The notes under the pieces are model-generated. The model saw only the letters and a list, made by a program, of their open reading frames with translations, was not told the DNA's origin and ran no database searches. This document shows positions 39,017 to 50,400 of a stretch of 64,000 nucleotides of DNA, piece by piece. Position numbers and translations under genes: made by a program. Location: the NCBI RefSeq assembly GCF_018977255.1, contig NW_024704761.1:3224001-3288000 (forward strand), given 5' to 3'. The stretch comes from Callorhinchus milii (Eukaryota). Positions within the stretch are counted from its first letter, which is position 1. Every line of letters begins with the position of its first letter.

Positions 39017-41677
39017 TTATTCTAATTGCACCGTTNCCCCCGCTGCCTCCAGCGCAGCTTTCACCTTCTCTGCCTCTTCCTTCGAGATGTTGGCTCTCAT
39101 TTCCTGGGGAAGGGATTCTACCAGCTTCTTCGCCTGCAAGGTGGGGGGGGGGGAACAAATGCAACCTGTCAGATGATCTCATAATAGCCCAGCCTCCCCA
39201 CAATCTGTGCGATACCACCCACACAACTGCAGTGATCACACTCCGTGACCTGGGACACGACACCAAGTGCAACAGGAGGCAAGTGAAGCCTTCCTGCTAA
39301 ATCAACAGGCGTGTAACGGTTCAGACTCCACGGAGAAGCCACTGTCCGGTGAGGGCAGCAAGGGGTTAAACGCAAGATCATTCCTCACCTGGACCAGGTT
39401 GAGCCCCGACATGCAGTTCTTCACTTCCTTGATGAGCTTCACTTTATCGGCCGCCTTGAATTCCACAAGTTTGACCGTAAAATGCGTCTTCTCCTTCTTC
39501 AACGGAGCAGCTTCCTCCTCGGCCTGATATCACACGTCAGAAGTTAATAAGAATAATAATCCTTGCCTTTGATACAGTGCCTTATCACGTCATTGAGATG
39601 CTTCGCAGAATATATTGTAAAGTGGGCGAAACGCTGCAGCCAATTGCGGAAAGCAGTATCCCACAAACAGTCGTGGATTGAGTAACCGCATTTTTTTCTG
39701 GTGGGATTATTACCCCCAGAAAGCGATTTGACTGTTATTTGCCAGGCAAAGCGTGCCAGCCAAAAAAACAAAAGAACTTACGTCTGGAGATTGAGCTGCT
39801 GCGGGCATCGCCCCAGCCATCGGCATCATCCCCAGGTCCTGGATTTTGAGTGTTTTCTGTTGCGAAGAGAAGCAGCTTTCAATGATACAATCATCCGATC
39901 CCTTCAGCCCAAACCACTTGTTTTGAGTTTCTAAATCACTTTTATTAATTCCAGTCCCCAGCTTTTTCCTGACATCCCTTTACTAAAGCAGGCAGGTACC
40001 ACGCGACATAAAGCAGTGACGCACATAAAGATTTAACCTCTTTGCAGGCATACAATACAATCTACACTTGTACAGCGTCTTCATACCAAGAGGATACCCC
40101 AAGCAATTGCCAGTTTTGGCTGGGCATTGGAACCTGGGGGGGGAGAAATGTACCTTAAGCAGCTCATTTAAGTCTGAGATCTCCAGCAGAGTCAGGCTGG
40201 CAATATCCCCCACCAGCTGCTTGATCTTGGGCGAGTAATCTTTCGGGGAGTTGTCGAGTGGTGGCACGGCCAGCGTGTCATTGCGACAGGCCACGCTGGT
40301 CCTCAGTGCTCTCAGGGCACAGAAGGTTTGCAGCTTTTGTCTGGTGAGAGATCAGAGTTACAGTAGGTAACATCAGTAATGGCTTGAAATCGCTGCTCCT
40401 CCAAACATACTATCGTCTCCTTTTCTAGTTTAATATCAAACCCTAACTCCATCACATCGATGCACCACAATATTGGAAAATGGATGGGAATCTCCATATT
40501 AAATTGGTCGCTCACTTCATGGCTCAAAGCGCTTCACAGGAATAAACCATAAAGTGTATTTTGAAGTGCCAATTTTTGCACAGCAACGCCCTGCAAATAG
40601 CCATAAAATTGGTCCAACTTGGGGATTGTTGGCCAAGACGTGTAATAATTATTCACACGTTACGTTCGCTGAATGCGAGGATTCTTCTTCTCAGATTTCA
40701 GGATTGTGGGTCTTCCTCTATATCATCCCTGAATCCTGACTCGTAATAATTTGATCACTCAGCCCACGACGGTTTGTGGGACACTGCTGTGCGCAACTGG
40801 CCGCCGTGTTTTGCCCACAAGATGCGCGGACAAAAGCGCTCTACGACATAACAGCACGCAGAATACTGCAGACCCTGGAAATCTGAGAACAAAAGCAGAA
40901 GTGGCCCTGGAGCGCTCGGCGGGTCAGGCAGCACCTATGGAGAAAGCGAAGTGAGTCGACGGTTTCGGGTCGATGCGCTTTCCTTTCTCCGTAGGCACCG
41001 CCTGACCGGCCGAGCGCTCCAGGGCTACTTCCGACTCTTCCGCTCTGCACTGTACCCTGTGAAGCGCTTCGAGACGACGCGGCTCAACGACCTGATGAAT
41101 GCAAGGATTATTATTCATTATTATTATTAATTATTATTATTGTTATTATTATTATTATAATACCTCTGTCCCTCCCATCCCCGAGCCAGTGCCACCCCAT
41201 ACTCATTAGGGCTTTGGTTTGCAGGATTAACAGGAGCTGATCCCCCGCCCCCACTGACTGGGCGTTGAGCACAATGAGTTGGGGGGTGGGGGGGGCCCAC
41301 TCTCCCACACCCCCCCCCACTCCCCCACTCTCCCACACCCCCCCACACTCTCCCACACCCCCCCCACTCTCCCACACCCCCCCCACTCTCCCACACCCCC
41401 CCCACTCCCCCCCACTCTCCCACTCCCCCACTCCCCTCCCTGTCGCTATTATCCCTTCATTCAATGACCCCCAAAGGGCGGGAGAGGGAGGGGTACCAGG
41501 AAGGGGAGACCCGCCAGTGGGCTACCGGCGAACCGAGGAGGCCCCGTGTGCCCGCCCGGGAGGAGGTAGGGCGGGCGGCGAGCGCGGGGCTCCAACACCC
41601 GCCAGGCCGCAGCCCCCTCCCCCCCCCCGGTACCTGCATAGGCCGCAGCTCAGCCTCTTCGCCGCCGCCGCCAACAT
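39017..41677 (-). CDS. MRPL12: Mitochondrial ribosomal protein L12 (bL12m), 5 exons, 185 aa
   Basis: Exons 41634-41677, 40154-40340, 39782-39856, 39389-39523, 39017-39133 (558 nt). Motifs [51 protein letters not shown] and [12 protein letters not shown] single N at 39036 keeps the frame. The start codon was chosen by similarity of MLAAAAKRL to known N-termini. Confidence 0.95.
40898..41031. repeat. Inverted repeat with 49-bp arms (hairpin element) in MRPL12 intron 1
   Basis: Arms 40898-40946 and 40983-41031 are complementary at 43 of 49 positions around a 36-nt loop. Confidence 0.85.
41296..41440. repeat. C-rich minisatellite of ~20-bp units (CCCACTCTCCCACACCCCCC)
   Basis: Directly visible in MRPL12 intron 1. 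Confidence 0.85.
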
Positions 41678-41799
41678 CTCGCGCCGCCTCAAGGTCCCGG
41701 GCAGCGTGGGGGGCGGCAGCTGCGCGCGCATCCGACCCTCCCCGCCGCCGCCACTCCCGGCCCAGGGCCTCCAGTATCCCGGCATGCACCCGGCGTGCC

Positions 41800-42350
41800 A
41801 GCACGCCGTCGGCTTCCGCCGCGGGTATTTATTGTATTGCAGCCTCGCTCCCCTGCGCGCCCGCCCCGACCCCCCCCAAAAAGAAAAAAAAAATCAATTT
41901 TCTAAAGGGTCGCAGCTTCTCGGTTGGGCTTCGAGTCCGGGGGTTCGCGCTTCCGGTGCGTTTCGAGGGTAAAACAGGCGGCGGTGCCAGGATGCAGCGA
42001 AACCGCCTCCCACGTGACCGCCACCACCACCACGTGGTTCTGGCCACGGGGGAGGACGCCCCTCCCCCCCCAGGGGAGGGGGAGGGAGAGGGGGTTCGAC
42101 AACGACAACAACACCACCAACTTCCACTTCCGCCCTCCACGCCGAGCGACGTCTCGGGAGCGCTTCAGCCTCCGAGAGCCGCTGTCACCCGTCCACAACC
42201 CCCTTTGGCTTCGACGCGGACGGGGTACGCCGGAGAGCGAAGGGGTTGGGATATTTTGTGGGCGAAAACGCGGCACCGCCGGTGGCGGGCAGCGCCCCCC
42301 CCACCCCAACCCACCCCAACCCCCCGCGCGAGCGGCCGTCGATTGACGCG
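41800..42350. promoter_or_regulatory. CpG-island promoter of MRPL12, probably shared with the METTL26-like gene
   Basis: CpG-rich; ETS/GABP-like CTTCCGG at 41950 and E-boxes CACGTG at 42011 and 42031; lies between divergent genes. Confidence 0.65.
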
Positions 42351-43295
42351 ACCGAATTATTATTGGTGTTTTTTTTCGGGCGGGGTGGGGGGGGGGCTTA
42401 GGATTATCGTCCGGCCCGTGTGTGCGCGTGGAGCGAGGAAGCTCGCCCGAGGTTTCGCCCTCCCCGGGAATCAAACCCAGGTTGGGGGGGCAAGTGCTCT
42501 GACCACTGAGCTACACCACAGGATTAGGACCGGGTGGTGGTGGTGGGGGGGGGGGGGCGTGATCTGCACATGAAAGGTCTCCAGCTATTATATCAAATGC
42601 AAGGATTATTATTATCATCATTACATTTTAGTCTGACCCCCCCCCCTCCCCCCACTTCCCCCTCCCAAGAAAATGTTCACTCACTGCCAAGGTGCTTTAT
42701 TGTGTACGGTAGCGCTCAAGGAAATAAGTCAGAAAGTCTTGGGGAGAGGTGTTACTTGGTGTCCAAAGATCACAAAAGACTCAGCTACACATCTGCTTTT
42801 TTCAAATAAATATACAGCTCTTTTTTTTTGCTGAACAGATACTGTTTTTTTACCCTTCATTAAGGATGCCATTCGTGATATCAGGAACGCGTAGTGCATT
42901 GACTGTGGCACAGACCTGTATGGAAATGGTACAGTGAATAATGGGGTTAATAATTCTAGAGCCCTGAGTTCCAGCGTGTGATCTGGTCCAGCCTGGCACA
43001 GGGCCTGTGAACTAGTGCTTGGTTGGTTTATGTTCCTTCCTACATATCTTAAAATCATTCATCACAAACATTAACACGGTGAAGAGTACACAGTTAAAGT
43101 ACTGAAGTCTCAGTAACCCCGCACAAGATCCTTTGCAAACCTTCGGAGGTAAAAGGTTTCCTTCCTCATGTGATCCCCAGCTGTAAAGTAATTAATCGGC
43201 TTAAATCCTCATACAACCATCTGTTGGACAGAGAAACCACGTCCGATCCTCTTCCCGTTCAGCTGTTTTGGGCCGGACCTGCGTCTCTGAGGGAG

Positions 43296-45763
43296 ATGAT
43301 GTTGTCTCCCATGGCCGAGAAGAACAAGCAGGCCATCCTGGAGGTCCTGATGGATTATATGGAGACAGTTGGGGAGTCGTTTGCCCTGGAGCTGGCCTCT
43401 GGATCCGGACAACACATCGTTCACTTCGCCCGAGCCTTTCCTAACGTGACATGGCAACCATCTGACATTAGCCAGTCTGCTCAAGAGAGGTAACGCCTGG
43501 ACACCACCTGTATTAACCATGACATTTAATAATAATAATCCTTGCATTTGATATAGCGCTTTTCACGTCGGGAGGACGTCCCAAAGCGCTTCACAGAATA
43601 GACTGTAAAGTGAATTGACTGTATATTTGTGGGCGAACGCGGCAGCCAATTGCGCACAGCAATGTCCCACAAACAGTCGTAGATTGAAAATGACCAATTT
43701 ATTATTGTTTTTGTTTTGGAGGGATTATTATTAGGCGTGTGGAGTAAGGAAACTATACCATTGAGACCTCTCAAAAGTACTTCACAGAATATACTGAAGA
43801 GTGAATTTAAACTGGGTTCCTACTCACTGCCAAGTAAACAGAGGCGGAGTAAGGAAACTTGCCTAAGCTTTCGCCCCATTCAGGAATTTGAGTCCTCGCA
43901 AGTGCTCTTACCACTATGCTACAAGACTCCTTAATCTTAATAACAGAGTTACAATGCTGCATTAATCTTACTCTAATAGATTAGGATTTTTTGTGTTACT
44001 TCCCAGTGTTGCAGCGTATGTCGCCGCCACCAAGGTCACAAACGTGAAGGAGGTCGTGTACATTGACGTGGCAGAGCCCTGGGAGGAGTGGGCGAATTTG
44101 CAGCCGAAATCCTGCGACCTGATTGTGAACATTAACATGCTGCACTTGTCCAGCAGAGGAAGCGCAGAGGTAACCACTATCACACACACACACTCGCCTC
44201 CTCGCAGCTCACACAACAGCCGCCAGTCTGTACTGAAACTGAACGCACATTCGGGATCCCTCTTTCAGCACCAGACACTTCCCCCCCACCCCCTGCCTCA
44301 TCAATTGATGTTAATCTCTCTCTCACTAGGGGCTGTTGAGCGGAGCTTGGGTCCTTCTGAAGCCTCGTGGGATTTTAATCATTTACGGTGTAAGTAGAGC
44401 CCCTCGGTTAAACTCACATACAGGGACCAGTTTAATCACTCTGTACTCCAACTCCATCCCAACAGAGCTCTCGACTCTATTCCCATTCCCTGCACTTTCT
44501 TCCCATTGTACTGGTGCTCACTTCCTTTATGAATAACAATCAAGTCAGCTTCCACACCCCATAACCCTGTGAATACCTTTCTTCTAACCTCTCATTTCTG
44601 CTTCGAGTAATAATGTCCCTCTGTGGTTGGTTCACCCACTAATGGCAACATACTGCAGTGTTCATGACTCAATCCACGACTATTTCTGGGTCACTGCTGC
44701 CAGTATTTGGATGCTGCATTTGGCCCACATAATACACAGTCAATTCATTTTACAGTACATTCTGTAAAGTCCTTTGAGACTTGATAAAGCGCTATATTAA
44801 ATACAAATATTATTATGATTATTATATTCACACTTGCCTAACGAAATGGAGAGAGCACCCCCATCAGTAAGTGGAGAGGAGCTGCACAAGCATCACTACA
44901 TCATTCACACATTTTCTTATGCCTTCGCCAGCCCTACGCCATCAATGGGATCATCAGCAACGAGACGAACGCACAACTGGACCGGCAGCTGAGACAGCGG
45001 TGAGTGGTGGAGCTCTGTAGGTGACCTGATAGGAAGAGGAGGAAAGCACTCTCTTTGCAGGTTAATGGTAAAGTAACAATTTCCTCATGTCAGATGCTGG
45101 GGGTGTGTGTGTGTGATGAGAGAGCAAACAGGGTGGGATGCGAAGTCTCTTCCCTGTACCCTGATGCTGTGTTGCCTCTCACAGGAACCCGGATTGGGGT
45201 CTCCCTGACATGGATGTCCTGAGACAGCTGGCTTACGAGAAGAGCCTGCGGCTGGAGCGGATGGCAAGATTCGTTCCGATCGTTAACTCTTCGGGGAAAA
45301 CACTTTCTTTTATGCCGCGCTCCATTCTGTGGAGTCCTGTAGTGGTTAGCGCACTTGCCTCGCACACTTACTCCACATGTTTGTACTCCACATACTCTGT
45401 TTACCTAGCAATAAGGAGGAACCTGGTTCTTAATAGATTGACAGATCACTTTTTGGGAGTAATAATCCCTCAAAAACAATTGGTCACTCAATATACGACT
45501 GTTTGTGGGACGTCATTGTGCACAAATAGTTGCTGCGTTTTGCCCACAAGAGTCAATTAATTTCACAATATATTCTGTGAAGCGCTTTGAGATGTCTCAA
45601 TGACGTGATAAGGCGCTTATCAAATGCAAGGATTATTATTATTAGTAGTAGTAGAAGTAGTAATACCGATTCACACAATTAACAGCTTCTTTCCCTCTGA
45701 ACCTTTCAGGTCGAAATGCTGGAAGACAAGTGCTTGATTTTTAGAAAGTTTGATGAGCAGTGA
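43296..45763 (+). CDS. METTL26: Methyltransferase-like 26 family protein (DUF938), most like the fish METTL26B paralog; 6 exons, 205 aa
   Basis: Exons 43296-43489, 44007-44169, 44330-44389, 44932-44999, 45185-45263, 45710-45763 (618 nt). SAM-binding [51 protein letters not shown] and KCLIFRK. Intron 5 needs a GC donor. The paralog call (B) rests on recalled residues and needs a tree. Confidence 0.9.
43527..43932 (-). mobile_element. Rearranged SINE copy in intron 1 of the METTL26-like gene
   Basis: Near-consensus tail and body at 43527-43700, with head remnants out to ~43930. Confidence 0.75.
45329..45650 (+). mobile_element. SINE copy filling most of intron 5 of the METTL26-like gene
   Basis: GGAGTCCTGTAGTGGTTAGCGCACTTGCCTCGCA head, shared body and GCAAGGATTATTATT tail. 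Confidence 0.8.
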
Positions 45764-46212
45764 GGCCGAGCCTTTGGTCTGGGGTGGGTGCAGGGCAGGG
45801 CCGAGGATGGTGCTGGTGAGGGAACGGCTACGAGGAAAGCAGGAGCGAAGCTTGACTCTGAGCTTTGGCACCGGAGAAAGAAGAGAAAGCCAGCGGGCAG
45901 GATGCCTGGACAAGAATTCTCCTACTGAAAAATTGGCCGTTGTATAAATTGTCGAGTGAAATTGTAAGAAAGGTCATCAGATAAAGTGTCATTATGGAAA
46001 CCCACATCTTTAGATATTATTATAGTATTGTAATTCTTGCAGTTGTCTAGCACATGTAACATTCGATAGGCTTCAACCCCTTGGTAGGTCCTTGTCACAT
46101 TCGTTCTTCTGATACCCTTGAGACAACGTCTCACAGGGCGGAGAACCGACTGCCACAACACCCCCCCCCCCCAGGAATTAATGGTTAACACAAAAAAACT
46201 ATGAAGAAAAAG

Positions 46213-46221
46213 TTTATTAAA
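46213..46221. terminator. Overlapping poly(A) signals: AATAAA on - (HGS) and ATTAAA on + (METTL26-like)
   Basis: Sequence TTTATTAAA between convergent genes; further + strand AATAAA at 46288 and 46386. Confidence 0.55.
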
Positions 46222-47463
46222 TACGGTTTTGTTTTAAAATTAGCTTTTAACATGAAGGAAGTAGAATGAATGATGTACAACAGAAGTAATAAATGAGACA
46301 GACAAGAGAGAGGCAGAGAGATTGCCGGGGTGGGGGAAGTCTACATTATTCATGAATAGAACAGCAACATGCGCCCAGACCCCAGAATAAAAAGTTCAGA
46401 TAAACATCCACCCACTTACCCACGCTGTGTCAATGCCAGTCCCACGCACGGCTTTATACTACACTACCACTAAGTGCAGAGTTAAAACAAGCTCTTGCCT
46501 CAAGCATGCACAACTCACATTTATGCAGCATTGTTTTTTTTTTGCAGAAAGAGAGGTTAGTCGCTGGCTGACTGACGGCTAGATACACGAAGGTGCGGGA
46601 GAGAACGAAGGCGCGATATAAGGGCTGATAGAACAATTTTAACTAGTCATTCGACGGTCGAGTGGAGCTTAGCATTATTGGTGAAGGGGTACTGTATACT
46701 GCGGGGAGGGTGGGGGGAGGCAGTCTATTAGACGGCCTAAACCCTATACTGCCCGGGAGGCTGCTTGACCACCTCTCCACCACCAGCAGCGTGTCTGCAG
46801 CAGGTCATGGCCTCGTTACTTAATTCGAGGGTTTGATCTGCTTAAGTTTTCAGGTTGGTTGGGTGGGGGAGGAGGGAAAGGTGGGAATGAGAAACCAACG
46901 ATTGGAGAAGGGGCCAATCAAAGTGAGCTCAGCCTCTGGGTGACAGTGAGGTTTGTCAGACGTGCTTTACACACAGACACACGTCAACTTTCAGGGCTCC
47001 CGAGGTCTCAACAAAGCATTTGTAGGAAGCCTGCAAATCAACTAAGTGCTGATTATTTTTTTTTGGCTGGGGATTGGGTGGGGTAGGAGAAAAGGAAGAA
47101 ATTGAAGAGAAGACAAATGTGCTGAACAAAGGCACATAAACAGTTTACCATTTACTTTGCCCTCTTTCCTGCCCACTACCAACATGCTTTACAATGGAGA
47201 TTGAAATGTGCTCCTCCTCCATTCTTCCCCCCCCCACCCCACCAACCGTTCCACACAAACACTACAGGAATCACTGACAGGACACACAGCACGATGGGGA
47301 ATGTGAGGAGGCTCGAGATGATGGTGGGGGAGTGGGGGGAAAAGAGGAGGGTTGTCCCGAGAGCCAACATGTATTTAGTGTTAGTCCAGCGCACGCCCAG
47401 GGCGACGCTCTGTACATAACTGCCCGTCCTGCACGGTTCCGGCTAGCGATGGTGGGGTGGGCG

Positions 47464-50400
47464 TCAGTCAAAGGAGATGAGCTGGGCCTCCCCAGGGCCT
47501 GGCGGGGGCTGCTGCTGCTGAGAGACTCCCGGGGGCTGCATCTGTGGAGAGAGAAAAAAAAAACACTTGTAAGTAATCTCACGCATCAAGGCTTGGCATC
47601 TGTTACCTCCCTCCCCCCACCATCACTCAGGCATGTGACTTACAAACACCAAAGCTGCTCGGACACTGTGAGTGTCTCACCTGCTGGTACATGGCAGGCT
47701 GAGCTGGCAGGTAAGCGGGCTGTTGGGGCAGGTTACTCATGGCGGGATCCTGACCAGGCAGCGTGGACATCATGTTCTGCAGCAAGAAAACGGGAGCGGG
47801 TTAGAGGGAACAAGCTACTGCACGGCCTGACATCCCCACCCACAGTACCTCCAGGACCAGAGAGAGAGAGACACACACAACACTGCATGCTTCTTGCTTG
47901 AAAGAAAAGATCAAACTTTTTTTTTTTTAAAAATGGCACCTTATGTCAAATTGACTCAAACAGTAATTGCCCTCGAGAGTGCCGTTAGCAAGTGGTCTGG
48001 GCTTCTCAGATATTCCGACACCAGATAACGCTGTTCGCTACCCGAGTGTGGTTGCTGTGCGGGCAGCAGCTTCTACACTATATTAAGACAAATCACGCAC
48101 CTGGGAGTTCATATTGCGTGACCAGCCATCTTCGGTTACAAAGGGCAAGCGTTATAACAATAATAATCCTTGCATTTGATATAGCGCCTTATCATGTCTT
48201 TCAGACGTTATCATTGAGGAGACGAGGCAAGGGCATTAAGGGATATGGGGCAAAGCTGGGTAATTGGAGTCGAAGTACAAATCAGCCATTATAGAATGGC
48301 GGAATATATAGAATGGATCTTATAGAATGGTGGAACAGGCTTGAGGGGCTGAACTAGCCTACTCCTGTTCCTGTGAGGCGTGGTATGCTGGGTTACCTGC
48401 ATATTGTATGGCTGGTATCCCATGTAACCCATTCCCGCTGCCTGTTGAGCCTGGGAGAGCGCTGGGAGGCTCTGGGGGGCCTGAGAGCCCACATTCTGTA
48501 ACAAAAGAAACAAAGTCAGTCACAGTCTGCAGCTGGCAAACGAGCAACACACAACCAATACAGTCTTCTCTCCCCCACCTTCCCTCCTGCCAGCAGCCCT
48601 GGCAATTGGAGCCCAAGACACAGAGCCTTCCCCCACCCCACCACCGAACTTGCCTGGTAGCCCTGGGACGGGGTGGGCTGGTAGGTGGAATAGCCGGGGT
48701 TGGTGTTGGGGACGCCAGGCCCCTGCTGGGCCCCTTGGCCACCGGATGCCGCTGTCTGGTACATGTAGGGATTCACCATGTTGGGTTCTGAAGATGAAAA
48801 GAGCAGTGTGAGGGAAGGCACGGAGACAAACAGACAGACACAACACAAACAGACAAATACAGTTGCAGCGCCGCACTGCACCCAGAGTCTGGCACCCACC
48901 CGCTGCTGATATCCCCACCCTATTATCTGTCATCTGCATTCCTTTCCGACACTGCCCATGACCTGACCTCTCCCGACCCAATTCAAGTCTGGAGGACGTG
49001 AACGATTTGCACTGAAGCTGATTTTGTTCCCTAAAGACACCACTCACCTGTTCCAGAGACGGGCATGGAGGGATATGGCCCTGTGGTGGGCTGCCCTGAC
49101 TGGCTCATGTAGACAGAATGCATGGGGGAGCCTTCAACCGAGCCGGCGGGGCTAAAGGTAGCAGGGAAGTTGGCAGGTCCTGCCTGCTGGTACACCACAC
49201 TGCCAGCAGGAGGCAGTGACTGGAGCTGGGCACAAAGAGACCAGAGAAATCAGGTTACACAGGAATAATAAGCCTCGTGTTTGATATAGCACTCTATCAC
49301 TTGAGACGTCTCAAAGCCCCTCGCAGGATACACTGTAAAGTGATGCGACCGTGCATTCTGTAGGCGAATCACAGTAGTCGGTTGCCCACAGCGGTGTCCC
49401 ACAAACAGCCGTAGATTGAGCGACTGATTGATTTTATTTGGGGGAAAGCCGGGAGATACTTCCCCCACTTTGAGACACTTTGTCCTTTGGATGAGGCGCT
49501 AAACCAGGGCAGGGCCTGTGCATTGGCAGGGTGTACCTGTGCGTAAGGCAGGGGGAATGCTGGCATCTGTGCTCGCATTTGGATGGTCTGTTTCTGCTGC
49601 TCCAGCCTCATCTGTCGCTCCTTCTCCTGCTCCTGCAGCCTCTGGATGGCGAGCTGCCGCTGCATCTCCAGGTATTCCTAAGAAGACCAGAACGTCAGAA
49701 TGTCTCCAACGCTTTACCCGCGGCAGCAAATACACTTTTAAATTCGTAGAACACGGCGGGCAATTTGCGTACAGCTGGAGTCCCTTGACGTGGGGGAAAA
49801 GGATGGGGGCGAGGGAAGTGATTGGGGGATGGAGTTCCAAAGTGGCGGGGGGGTGAGAGAGGCTAAAGGTCCAACTGTCGATGGTGGGGTCAGAGCCCGC
49901 TAACTGGGAGACACAAGGACACCCCACCCCCACCCTCCATCGTCTCGCACCTGCTTTTTCTGCCGCATGATCTCGAGTTTCTGAGCGAGCTGTATCTGCC
50001 GCTGACGCTCTGCCTCCTCGGCCGCCAGGCGCAGCTTGTCGCGGTGCTCCTCCCGCAGGGCGTTCAGCGCCCCCCGCGCGTCCCGGATCTGGGCCAGCTT
50101 GTCCTGGAGGCCCTCATAGTAAACTGTAACGCAACAAGCCTCGCGTTTATACAGCGCCTGGGGGTATCGAGAGATCGCAAAAGGATTTCTTGACTGCAGC
50201 GACTAGGTATTTTGTAGGCAAAAGCAGCAGCCAATTTGCACACAGAGCAAGGTCACACACACACAGGACAATGCCAGAAATTAAGGAGGTTCCTGACTTA
50301 CGTCGCTTCTCGTCCAGCTGGTTGAGCAGCTGCAGCAGCTCGGGGTGCATGTTGTTGATGGACTGGAAGAGGGAGAGCACGGCCGTGTCGTTGGTGATGC

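Noticed and set aside
39036-39036. N inside the last MRPL12 exon suggesting a frameshift or pseudogene
   Set aside because: One ambiguous base in codon GNA; the frame continues to TVQLE* normally.
41464-42573. 369-aa ORF and other long overlapping ORFs
   Set aside because: GC-rich promoter island with few stop codons; low-complexity Pro/Arg/Gly translation, antisense to MRPL12 exon 1.
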